From the NCBI GenBank assembly GCA_963785305.1, contig CAWAUV010000006.1:102724-166723 (forward strand): a stretch of 64,000 bases of DNA. The letters are read 5' to 3'. Under the pieces are notes generated by a model. That model saw only the letters and a program-made list of their open reading frames with translations. It did not search any database and had not been told where the DNA came from. This DNA is from an uncultured Planctomycetaceae bacterium. Lineage in GTDB: Bacteria > Planctomycetota > Planctomycetia > Pirellulales > PALSA-1355. The translations under genes were made by a program, and so were the position numbers. Of this stretch, positions 10,719 through 19,752 are shown one piece after another; the stretch's first letter is position 1, and every line of letters begins with the position of its first letter.

Positions 10719-12133
10719 TACTCCCCAGGGCCGACGGAGACCTTTGATCCCGGACTGGGCTCCGCGCTTTCGACCGGCGGTCGTTCGCGATAGAGCTCGC
10801 GAAACGACTTCGACGGCAAGATCGGCAGTTCGCGGTCGAGGCCCCAGGCGTTGAACCGATTGTAGACCAGCCATCGCGGCGCCAGCGAGCCGAGCCGCCG
10901 CGCCCATTTGCCCACGAACGTATACAGCCGGCGTCGCCGAAACAGCCAACCCGCGGCCCGCATTCCCCAGCGCTTGCTCGGCGCGAGCAGACCCTCTTTC
11001 ACGAGCTCCTTGCGCCAGGAGAGCAATTGATGATGCAGGTCGATCTTCACCGGACACACATCGGTGCAGGAACCGCACAAGCTGCACGCATGTGGCAGCG
11101 AGGCATAACGCTTCGCGTCGCGGGCCGGCGAAAGAATCGAGCCGATCGGGCCCGGCACCGTCGAGCTATAGCTATGGCCCCCACTGCGCCGATACACCGG
11201 ACACGTGTTCATGCACGCGCCGCAGCGAATGCAATGCAGCGAACGATGAAACTCCGGACTGCCCATGATCTCGGTTCGGCCATTGTCGACGAGAATAATA
11301 TGCAGCTCGCCGCCCGGCGCCGGGCCATGAAAATGACTCGTATAGGTGGTGATCGGCTGACCGGTGGCCGAGCGGGCCAGGAGCCGCGTGAACACGCCCA
11401 AGTCGGCGGCTCGTGGAATCAGCTTTTCGATCCCCATCGACGCGATATGCAGCCGCGGCAGCGACACGCCCAGATCGGCGTTGCCCTCGTTGGTGCAGAC
11501 CACGAATCCACCGGTGTCGGCAATCGCGAAGTTCACTCCGGTGAGCCCGGCGTCGGCTTGCATGAAGTGCCCGCGCAGATGGGTGCGCGCGAGTTCGACC
11601 AGCACTTGCGGGTCCGATTCGCCCTCCTTCGCGCCGAGTTGCTGGTGGAATAGCTCGCCGATGTCCTCGCGCTTCAGATGAATCGCCGGCGCCACGATAT
11701 GGCTGGGCGGCTGGCCGAGCAACTGCACGATCCGCTCGCCCAGGTCGCTATCGATGACTTGAATGCCGTGGTCTTCGAGAAACGGGTTCAAATGGCATTC
11801 CTCGGTGAGCATCGACTTGCTCTTGATCATCCGGCGGGCATTGTGTCGCTGGAGAATGTCGAGCACGATCTCGTTGTGCTCGTCGGCGTCGCGGGCCCAA
11901 TGCACCACGGCGCCCAGACGCGTGGCGTTGGACTCGAACTCTTCGAGATACTCGGCCAGCCGGCTCTGGGCATGGGCCTTGATTCGCGAAGCTCGCTCGC
12001 GGAGCGATTCCCATTCGGGCAAGGCGAGAGCGGCGCGATCGCGCTTGCTTCGGGCCGACCACAGGGTTTGGTCGTGCCAGGCGGCGCGGGGGGCGTTGCG
12101 CAGGAAGGCGGCGGCTTTGGTGGCGTGGTTCAT
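10718..12133 (-). CDS. lutB: Lactate utilization Fe-S protein B
   Basis: KSKSMLTEE, TNEGNA, CIRCGACMNTCPVY, CSLCGSCTDVCPV. Confidence 0.93.
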   Translation of the reverse strand: MNHATKAAAFLRNAPRAAWHDQTLWSARSKRDRAALALPEWESLRERASRIKAHAQSRLAEYLEEFESNATRLGAVVHWARDADEHNEIVLDILQRHNARRMIKSKSMLTEECHLNPFLEDHGIQVIDSDLGERIVQLLGQPPSHIVAPAIHLKREDIGELFHQQLGAKEGESDPQVLVELARTHLRGHFMQADAGLTGVNFAIADTGGFVVCTNEGNADLGVSLPRLHIASMGIEKLIPRAADLGVFTRLLARSATGQPITTYTSHFHGPAPGGELHIILVDNGRTEIMGSPEFHRSLHCIRCGACMNTCPVYRRSGGHSYSSTVPGPIGSILSPARDAKRYASLPHACSLCGSCTDVCPVKIDLHHQLLSWRKELVKEGLLAPSKRWGMRAAGWLFRRRRLYTFVGKWARRLGSLAPRWLVYNRFNAWGLDRELPILPSKSFRELYRERPPVESAEPSPGSKVSVGPGE

Positions 12134-12877
12134 ACAGGGCGTCCGGCGAGGATTTCGGCAATGTGCATTACGCGAAGCGGAATCTTGCGGCGCCGGATCA
12201 ACCCTTCGAGATGCATCAGGCACGACATATCGTTGGCCGTGAGCACCTGGGCGCCGGCTTGCTGGTGATCGGCAATGCGGTCGAGCCCCATCGAGGCCGA
12301 GACCGCCGCCTCGCTCACGGCAAAGGTGCCGCCGAAGCCGCAGCATTCATCAACGCGGCGCAGCTCCACGATCTCGATGCCCTCGAGCCGCTCGAGCAGC
12401 GAGCGGCACTTTATTGAAGCCGGGAATCATCAACTCGCTCGATTTGCCGAGCCGCAGTTCACGGAGCCCATGGCAACTTTGATGCAGCCCGACCCGATAG
12501 GGAAACCGCCCGGCGATCCGGTCGGCCCCGCCGAAAGCGACCAGAAATTCGCAAAGCTCGAAGGTCTTGGCCTTGAGGGCCAGATATCGTGGATCGTCGT
12601 GAAAGAATTCTTCGTAGTGGTTGCGAACCATGGATACGCATGAACCGCTCGGAGCGACCACGTAGTCGAATGGCTCGAAAATCGCGAGAAACCGCTCGGC
12701 CAGCGGCCGGGCATCGCTCCAGCAGCCGGTATTGGCCATCGGCTGGCCGCAGCAGGTCTGCTCCCGCGGAAACACGACCTGGCAGCCGGCGCGCTCGAGC
12801 AGTTCGAGCGCGGCCATGCCCACCTGGGGATACAATTGATCGACGTAGCACGGAATGAACAGACCAACCGAAGGCAT
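12130..12877 (-). CDS. lutA: Lactate utilization protein A (CCG domains); frameshift near 12405
   Basis: LFIPCYVDQ, QTCCGQP and SCHGLR in one frame; ECCGFGGTFAV in ORF 12130-12369. Confidence 0.88.
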
Positions 12878-12949
12878 CGAATTCGCCAGGGCGCCGGGGT
12901 GGGAGCAATCGAACAACCGCTTTAAAGCCTATCCGAGAACTTCGGTGAG

Positions 12950-13011
12950 CCCTCACCCTACCCTCTTCCAAGTGGGGAGAGGGCCCGAGTGGGGAGAGGG
13001 AGTGTTTTCGG
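12950..13011. repeat. REP-like palindromic sequence (CCCTCACCC...GGGAGAGGG class)
   Basis: ccctcaccctaccctcttccaagtggggagagggc followed by a second gagtggggagaggg. Confidence 0.6.
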
Positions 13012-13040
13012 ATAGACTCTTAATATAATACCCCGCGAGC

Positions 13041-13394
13041 ATGCGAGGGAAGCGCCCCCAGGTCGCCCGTGGCGGGGGAACTCCGCAAACGAACAATGCC
13101 AGGGAACGCGTCGCCATGGAAATGCCGTTTTTTTCCGCGAGTCGGGCTTGGAAGATCGTCGGCCTCGGAATCGCGCTGGCGATGTCGGGCGTGGCGTTTG
13201 CGATCACGCAAAACCAAGCCCTGGTCGCCCCGAGCCTCGTGGCGCTCAAGTTCGAGCATGTGCCCTCGAAGGTGATCGGCGGCCCGCAAGAATATGCCGT
13301 GACTCAAGCCACGATCGACCTGCTGACCCGGCTGATGAAGGAGAAGAAACACGTCACGCTCGAAAACAACGGCGCGCTGACGGTCCCGAACTGA
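13041..13394 (+). CDS. Small secreted/membrane hypothetical protein (true start probably ~13116)
   Basis: Hydrophobic IVGLGIALAMSGVAFA segment; host-like codon usage. Confidence 0.6.
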   Translation: MRGKRPQVARGGGTPQTNNARERVAMEMPFFSASRAWKIVGLGIALAMSGVAFAITQNQALVAPSLVALKFEHVPSKVIGGPQEYAVTQATIDLLTRLMKEKKHVTLENNGALTVPN

Positions 13395-13429
13395 TCGGGC
13401 CGCCGTGCCTTGTTCCCGCGCGGGGCGGA

Positions 13430-13810
13430 TCATCGTTTTTTCGACTCGCGGTAATGAGGCGATTCGGCGAGCGTGAGCACGACAATCTCCTCGGCTGTCA
13501 CGGTGCTGATATCGTGGTGCATGCTGATGACTCGGACGTCGGTGACATCGAGCACCATCGATTCAATGATCGGCCGCGCCGTCTCGATCAACTGCGTGCG
13601 CACTTGTTTGAGCAGCTCTCTTCCCTTCTCGGGTGGGAAGGTCTTGACGAGTTGCTGTTCCGCTTCCGTCAGCACGCCTTGCAGACGCACGACGAGCAGG
13701 TCGCCGATCAAATGGGTGTGGATCTTCTTGGGGCCGCGGCCCATGTATTCCTGCTCGAACCGCGTGATCACGTCGCAAATGGCGGCTTCGATCTCCCCTT
13801 GCGTTTTCAT
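13430..13810 (-). CDS. DUF2294 / MpsC-family protein
   Basis: MKTQGEIEAAIC...FEQEYMGRGPK.I...GDLLVVRLQGVLT.AEQQL...SMHHDISTVT. Confidence 0.9.
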   Translation of the reverse strand: MKTQGEIEAAICDVITRFEQEYMGRGPKKIHTHLIGDLLVVRLQGVLTEAEQQLVKTFPPEKGRELLKQVRTQLIETARPIIESMVLDVTDVRVISMHHDISTVTAEEIVVLTLAESPHYRESKKR

Positions 13811-14158
13811 GGCGGTTCGCCCCATTGTCGCTTCGGCTCGCAAAAGATCGTTCGCTCCGAACGACAGTGAATTGAAATCGGAGCGCCAATCGCCGCCTTC
13901 AAGTAGGATAGCAAAAACACGAGCGTCCCGCGTTCCGCAATTCCTTAGTTCAAGTTTCGCGTTTTTTGCTAGCACTCGAATCGCCGATTTCTCGTGGGTT
14001 TTGCACAGTTTGACGGCCGAACTGCCAATTTTTGCATGTTACCGAGAGGCCGAAGGTTGCCGGAAACGCGCCGAAATCGGAGAAACCACGACGAATCGGG
14101 CTATCGGAACTTTTGAAAACCGCGAAAGTCGAACTTAGCGAGTAGGGGGATTTACTGA

Positions 14159-14186
14159 TTGCATTCGTGATTCAGGGTCGTACAAT
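14159..14186 (+). promoter_or_regulatory. Putative sigma70 promoter driving the leader and second DUF2294 gene
   Basis: TTGCAT (14159-64), 16 nt spacer, TACAAT (14181-86), 15 nt upstream of the uORF ATG. Confidence 0.55.
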
Positions 14187-14201
14187 CGACGGGACACGTT
14201 C

Positions 14202-14261
14202 ATGAATGATGTGCTGGCGAAGGCTGGCGTGTCGCGTGAGCGTCGTCGGAAGACTAGATAA
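14202..14261 (+). CDS. Putative leader peptide MNDVLAKAGVSRERRRKTR
   Basis: ATG directly after the promoter; ends CGG AAG ACT AGA TAA, mirrored by CGG TCG ACT AGG TAA at 17662-17676. Confidence 0.5.
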   Translation: MNDVLAKAGVSRERRRKTR

Positions 14262-14352
14262 AGAGCCGTCTGGCCAGCGCCAGAAAGCTCATTAGAGAGT
14301 AAGCCGGCGTGGTGGAAGGCCCTTGGGCCTCCGTCACGCCGGCTTTTTTTTG
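14246..14352 (+). promoter_or_regulatory. Conserved structured leader/attenuator element, copy A, including intrinsic terminator
   Basis: 40/55 ungapped identity to copy B from GACTAG onward; stem CTGGC/GCCAG; terminator AAGCCGGCGTG...CACGCCGGCTT + T-tract. Confidence 0.7.
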
Positions 14353-14429
14353 TTTATTTTTTTATCGGCGGCGGCGGTTTTCGCCTTCGGCGGTAGGCAG
14401 TTTTGGCGGATTCCGCCAGGAAGCCGGTT

Positions 14430-14867
14430 ATGGAACAGCCCACTCCGACGATGGCTCAGCAGGTGGCGAACGCCGCGAGCGTGTTTCAACAAGAGCGCAC
14501 CGGCCATGCGCCCCAGGCCGTGACCGTGGTGCTCAGCGAAAACACCCTGGTAATCACGCTTCATGGCGCCTTGTCGGCGGCCGAGGTGGCGTTGGCCAAG
14601 AGCCCGTCGGGCGCCGCGCAAGTGCAGGATTTTCACCGGCAATTGTTCGCCAGTTCCTCCGAGTCACTGCGGCAAGAAATCAAACGAATCACGGGCGTGG
14701 ATGTGCGCGAATCGATGGCCGAGGTCGAGCCGAACACCGGCACGGTGGTGCAAGTGTTTACCACCGGGACCATGGTACAGGTGTTCTTGCTCGCCCACGG
14801 ACTCCCGGCGGGGGCTTGGGACGCAAGCGGCCCCGTCGCTCCGCTAACGCCGGGATCGCCCGCTTGA
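14430..14867 (+). CDS. DUF2294 / MpsC-family protein (second, divergent paralog)
   Basis: FQQERTGHAPQAVTVVLSENTLVITLHGALS.AE..LA...LRQEIKRITGVDVRE. Confidence 0.85.
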   Translation: MEQPTPTMAQQVANAASVFQQERTGHAPQAVTVVLSENTLVITLHGALSAAEVALAKSPSGAAQVQDFHRQLFASSSESLRQEIKRITGVDVRESMAEVEPNTGTVVQVFTTGTMVQVFLLAHGLPAGAWDASGPVAPLTPGSPA

Positions 14868-15009
14868 ATAGCACGAAACGAGCCCGCGACAAACTACTCG
14901 CGACCCGCGGTTGCCAACAAGCTGCGGCGACGCGCGAGCCCCCGCGACCGGGAAGGCTGGGGACCGATCGGTTCCCGGGCGAAATTGGCCGCGATGGAAG
15001 GATTGAGCC

Positions 15010-16580
15010 ATGAGTTCAGACAAGTCGGTCCAACGCACCCAAACCGCCCCCTCGTCGCAAGAACTGGGTGAGCGATTCGACCTCTTGGCGACGGGCGCCA
15101 AGGAGTATTCGCTGTTCCTGGTCGATCACGGAGGTCATGTGCTTTGCTGGAACGCGGGAGCGGAACGGATGCTCGGCTATCCGTCGCACGAAATCATCGG
15201 ACAGCACTTTTCCCGCTTTTTTTCGCCCGACGACCTTCTCACTGGCCTGCCCGAACACGAGTTGCAAAATGCATTGCTCGATGGTCGGTCCGATTCCGCT
15301 TGCTGGCAGGTTCGCAAGGACGGCACGCGATTTTGGTGCCGGACAACCGTGACGGCGCTGCAAGATCGGTCCAAACAATCTCGATCGTTCGCCAAGGTAA
15401 TTCACGACCTCACCGAAAGCGACGCGATGCGCGACCAGCGGAAGCGCGCCGATGGCCTCGCCGAAGCGAACCGGAGCAAGGAAGAATTCATGGCGTTGCT
15501 GTCCCACGAGCTGCGGAGTCCGCTCTCTCCCATTCTCAACGCGCTGAACATTCTTCGGCAAATCCGGACGAACGACCCCATCATCGAGCAGGCCGAAAAC
15601 ATCATCGATCGTCAGGTAGGCGTCATGGCTCGATTGGTCGACGACTTGCTCGATATCACCCGAATCACCAAGGGTAAATTGCGGCTGACGAAAGAGCATG
15701 TGGAGCTGCGCCGAGTGATCAACGACGCCGCCGAGAGTGTCCGCCCGCTGATGGACGCGCAAGCACGAATTCTCGGTGTCGCTTCCCACCAAACCGCTGT
15801 GGGTCGAGGCCGATCCGGCTCGCCTGGAGCAGGTGGTGGTGAACTTGCTGAACAATGCGGCGAAGTACACCGACCCAGGCGGACTCATTCGGATGACGGT
15901 CGACCAGGAAGGCGCCGAGGCGGTGGTGCGCGTGCGCAACAATGGCGTCGGTATCGCCCCGGAGATGCTCCCGCATGTCTTTGAATTGTTCACGCAAGTC
16001 GATGGATCGCTCGGTCGCTCCTACGGCGGCTTGGGCATTGGGCTGGCTCTCGCGCGCAACCTCGTGGAAATGCACGATGGAAGATTGCAGGTCTCGAGCG
16101 GCGGCTTGGGCAAAGGCTGCGAATTCACGGTAAAATTGCCGCTTTTATCGAACCCGCCGCGGGTCGAATCAAAGACCGTGCTCGAGCAGGGCGAGCCCGC
16201 GAATCGGCCATTGCGCGTGTTGATCGTGGAAGACAACGTGGACGCCGGCGACACATTGAGCATGTTGCTGCGGTTACATGGACATGAGGTTCAATTGGCG
16301 CGCTCCGGCCCCTCGGCGCTGGAACTGGCCGCGATCTCCCGGCCCGACGTGGTGCTGCTGGACATTGGCTTGCCGGGCATGGACGGCTATCAGGTGGCGA
16401 CGAAATTGCGCGAGACCGGAATTCAAGGATGTGGTGATGTGCGCGCTGACCGGCTTCACGCCCAGCGAATCCGATCGCCAGCGTCAGCAGGAAACGGGGT
16501 TCGATCATTACTACGTCAAACCCGTGAGCCTGCCGAAATTGCTCGAGTTGTTCAAAGGCATCGGGGCGCCGACGAAATGA
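15010..16580 (+). CDS. PAS-domain hybrid sensor histidine kinase/response regulator; frameshifts near 15760 and 16415
   Basis: PAS (WNAGAERMLGY...RKDGTRFW), H-box SHELRSPL, NLLNNAAKY, GLGIGL, REC (VEDN...LLDIGLPGMDGY) spread over three frames. Confidence 0.88.
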
Positions 16581-16879
16581 CCGCCGGACCTTCGGCATGG
16601 CGGACCACGCCCTGTGAAGCAAAGTCGTTTCGACCGCGCTATCCAAACGATCGACAAGACTCGAAACCGACCAGGCCACGATCATTTACGACCGAGAATA
16701 TTGCTTACGATGCGGTAATGTTCGTTTCTTTTCCCGCTAAAAACAATGAATCGCGTCAAATGCAATGCAGTCGATGGCGATCGGCTCGCGGGTTGCAGTA
16801 CAAGTTTGCTTCTCACCTCGAAATGTTTTTCGAGTTCACTTCACATTGGCAGTGTTGAAACTGCCCAAGGAGCATTTTT

Positions 16880-17644
16880 ATGAAGATGTCGTTTTTAGCG
16901 CCAGTGGCGCTGGCATGCACCATGGTTGGAACGCAAGCATGGGCCGTGGAGTCATCGGCCGCGTCGTCGGCGAAGGCGCACGCCAAAAATGGATTGTCCC
17001 ACGACCTGATGCTTGTCTCCAACGACGGTTACTCCGCGCTTCGAGCCATTCATGGAGCGCGAATCGCGATTTTCAATGGCGATACGAAACTCGCCGACGA
17101 AATGCTCGACAAGGCGAAAAAAGACCTGGACGCCGCGACCAAGGACGCCCATACATTTTGCTTGGCCGCGAAATCGGCGGATCGCGACGACAAGGCCGAT
17201 GAGAAGTCGACCAGCGATAAGTCGGTGAGCGAAACGAATCGAAAATCAACGGGCGATAAGGGCGACAAAATGGATATGATCCCGATCGACGCCGAGATCG
17301 GGATCGCCGACACGTTCGTGCCTTCGGAAGAGAAGTCGAAGCATATCGACAAGGCCAACGAGCATTTGAAGTCGGGTCGCAGCAAGGAAGCGGTCGAGGA
17401 ATTGCGGCTTGGCGAGGTCGATGTTGTTTTTACCCGCGTGCTGCTGCCCTTGGAATCGACCAAGAAGCGCGTGGCCGACGCCGAGAAACTGGTCGGCGAG
17501 CACAAGTATTACGAAGCTAATCTGGCCTTGAAAGCCGCCGAATCAGGGCTCGTGATCGACGCGATCGACCTGTCGGGAACCGCCACGGAGGCCCCTTCGG
17601 CTTCGGCGGCCAAATCGACGAAGGAACAATCGGCGAAGAAATAA
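16880..17644 (+). CDS. YfdX-family secreted protein
   Basis: Signal peptide; S.DG..A.RAI..ARIAIFNG, LPL..T...V..A..L....KYYEANLALK; RBS AAGGAG. Confidence 0.8.
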   Translation: MKMSFLAPVALACTMVGTQAWAVESSAASSAKAHAKNGLSHDLMLVSNDGYSALRAIHGARIAIFNGDTKLADEMLDKAKKDLDAATKDAHTFCLAAKSADRDDKADEKSTSDKSVSETNRKSTGDKGDKMDMIPIDAEIGIADTFVPSEEKSKHIDKANEHLKSGRSKEAVEELRLGEVDVVFTRVLLPLESTKKRVADAEKLVGEHKYYEANLALKAAESGLVIDAIDLSGTATEAPSASAAKSTKEQSAKK

Positions 17645-17655
17645 ACGATCTCGCG

Positions 17656-17770
17656 ATGGATCGGTCGACTAGGTAAGGGGCAAACCGGCCAAGGCCGGGA
17701 GGCTCGTTAACGAGTAAGCCGACGCGACGGCGGACGCCCCCCGGGGAGCGTCGTGTCGCGTCGGCTTTGT
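17656..17770 (+). promoter_or_regulatory. Conserved structured leader/attenuator element, copy B (uORF MDRSTR + RNA motif + terminator)
   Basis: ATG GAT CGG TCG ACT AGG TAA; stem CCGGC/GCCGG; terminator AAGCCGACGCGAC...GTCGCGTCGGCTTTGTT. Confidence 0.7.
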
Positions 17771-17898
17771 TCATGGTCGCGGCGCGGCGGAAACCGCCAC
17801 CATGTCAGCGGGAGGATCCGTGATGTTCGTGACGGCACTTAAACGGGCGGCTCGCCCTGAAACGTCATGGATGGTTCTTTTATCGAAGGAGATCGTGA

Positions 17899-18106
17899 AT
17901 GTCCACGGCGACGAAACACCCAGCGTGCGCAACATCAGAATGCGGCCTCGGAACACGAGGCGGCCGCGCATCATCACCGCGAGGCGGCTCACCACCACGA
18001 GCAAGGCGAGCACGATGAGGCCAAGGTGCATGCCGAATCGGCCAAGTCGCATTGCCAAGAGGCGGAGCGACTCGGCAAAACGGCGCATCAGCATTCGCAG
18101 AAGTAG
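17899..18106 (+). CDS. Small histidine-rich helical protein; probable frameshift near 17925
   Basis: RBS AAGGAG + ATG 17899 (MSTATKHP) joins the frame reading QHQNAASEHEAAAHHHREAAHHHEQGEHDEAKVHAE; terminator follows. Confidence 0.7.
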
Positions 18107-18148
18107 CGGGAGCTCGGCAAGCGCGAATTCGCATGCCGTGTTGAACAA

Positions 18149-18180
18149 GCCCTCGGCGCGCGTCGCCGAGGGCATTTTTT
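18149..18180 (+). terminator. Intrinsic terminator
   Basis: GCCCTCGGCG-loop-CGCCGAGGGC followed by ATTTTTT. Confidence 0.8.
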
Positions 18181-18234
18181 CCCCGTCAAATCCAAGGCGA
18201 TGGCGCCTCTCTCTCCAAAACAAGGATTGAAACC

Positions 18235-18768
18235 ATGTCGGAACAGAACTCCGCGGTTGCGGTATTCACGTCGCACGAAAACGCCGAAGCCGCCATCCGC
18301 GAGCTCCAACAAAGCGGCTTTGATATGAAAAAACTGTCGATCGTCGGCAAGGACTATCAGACCGAGGAACATGTCGTGGGCTACTACACCACGGGCGACC
18401 GCATGCTGTACTGGGGCAAATTGGGCGCGTTCTGGGGCGGCTTCTGGGGCCTGTTGTTCGGCTCCGCGTTTTTTTGGGTCCCCGGCGTCGGTCAATTGTT
18501 GGTCGCGGGACCGCTCGTGATGTGGATCGTCGGGGCGCTCGAAGGCGCTGTCGTGACCGGTGGCCTCACCGCGCTCGGCGCCGGACTTTACAGTATCGGC
18601 ATTCCCAAGAACAGCGTCATGCAATATCAGACCGAAGTAAAGAACGGCAGACTCGTATTGGTCGCCCACGGCTCGCCCGGGGAAGTCGCGCGCGCGCGAG
18701 GCATTCTCGAACAAACCGATGCACTCTCCACGACGGTACATTCCGAACGCAGCACCGTCGGCGTGTAG
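18235..18768 (+). CDS. General stress protein, YflT/DUF1269-like membrane protein
   Basis: AVF..H..AE.AI.ELQQSGFDMKKLSIVGKD, glycine-zipper GAFWGGFWGLLFG, SIGIPK. Confidence 0.8.
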   Translation: MSEQNSAVAVFTSHENAEAAIRELQQSGFDMKKLSIVGKDYQTEEHVVGYYTTGDRMLYWGKLGAFWGGFWGLLFGSAFFWVPGVGQLLVAGPLVMWIVGALEGAVVTGGLTALGAGLYSIGIPKNSVMQYQTEVKNGRLVLVAHGSPGEVARARGILEQTDALSTTVHSERSTVGV

Positions 18769-18873
18769 CGTGTCTTCTCGATGTCCGCCCTGGCTCGCCC
18801 GACACGGGCGAGTCATGGCGCGGATGGTGGTTTCCTTACCTCGCGCATTCGCGACCCGATCACGGAGCAAACC

Positions 18874-19617
18874 ATGAGCATTCCGTCCGCCGGCACGACG
18901 AGCTTGAAAGAATTGCCCTCGATGCGAATTCTCCTCGCCGATGCCGACAAGTCCGTTCATCAAGCGTATTGCGAACCGCTCGCGCGAGAAAATATCGAAC
19001 TTGTCGCGGCGCGAAATGGAGTCGAATGTATCGAGCTTCTTCGAGACCACGCTCCCGACGTGGTGGTGCTTGACTCCCAGTTGCGCTGGGGCGGGAGCGA
19101 TGGCGTGCTGGCGTTCATGCACGAAGCTCCCGCGCTCTCGAGTATTCCAGTGGTCGTTCTGACCTCATGTTGCGAAAACGATGCCTTGGCAAGCCTGGAG
19201 CGTTTTCCGGTCAGCGACTACCACTCCAAGCCGCTGTCGCCCCTGAGATTGGCAAAAACACTCCGCGAGCTGCACGGGCGTCGTCGGTTGCACGACGACT
19301 TTGCCGAGGAAACGGGCCGGCTAGAACGCTCGATCATGACCCGAACCCATGGGCGCATCACAAATCTGCGCGTCGAGACGATCGCTGGCGGCGTGCAGGT
19401 GCGGGGCGACTCGAACTCGTACCATACCCGGCAATTGGCTCTCGCCGCGGTGCTGGAAGCATTTCCGGCGTTGGATTCGAAGCTCGGAAAAATTCACTTG
19501 GACATAACCGTTTCCAGACCGCGTGTCCGGAGACCGATTGCAACGAATTCCGATCGGCGCCCGCCAACGTGTCACGAATTCGCCGAGCCGTCTTTCGAGT
19601 CGGCGCCGGAAGAGTGA
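18874..19617 (+). CDS. Response regulator receiver with C-terminal BON-like domain
   Basis: ILLADAD...PDVVVLD...KP; RTHGRITNLRVE...VRG...SYHTRQLALAAV. Confidence 0.75.
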   Translation: MSIPSAGTTSLKELPSMRILLADADKSVHQAYCEPLARENIELVAARNGVECIELLRDHAPDVVVLDSQLRWGGSDGVLAFMHEAPALSSIPVVVLTSCCENDALASLERFPVSDYHSKPLSPLRLAKTLRELHGRRRLHDDFAEETGRLERSIMTRTHGRITNLRVETIAGGVQVRGDSNSYHTRQLALAAVLEAFPALDSKLGKIHLDITVSRPRVRRPIATNSDRRPPTCHEFAEPSFESAPEE

Positions 19618-19752
19618 ACTCCCGCGCCCCCGGAACCCACGACGCCATGAAGCATCGCCACTCGTTTCCGTGAGCGATTGGAATGCATCGGGAGTTGGAT
19701 TGAATATCATCCCTGCTCGCGCTTGCGCTTCGGGTAGTGATCGGCGCGGCCA

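Noticed and set aside
16790..16812. Possible sigma54 promoter upstream of the YfdX gene
   Set aside because: TTGC at -12 is present but the invariant GG at -24 is missing.
17677..17703. GGGCAAACC...GGGAGGC resembles the P2 arm of a c-di-GMP-I (GEMM) riboswitch
   Set aside because: No GNRA loop, no GACGCAAAGC or P3 arm, and copy A lacks GCAAAC, so the shared conservation lies elsewhere.
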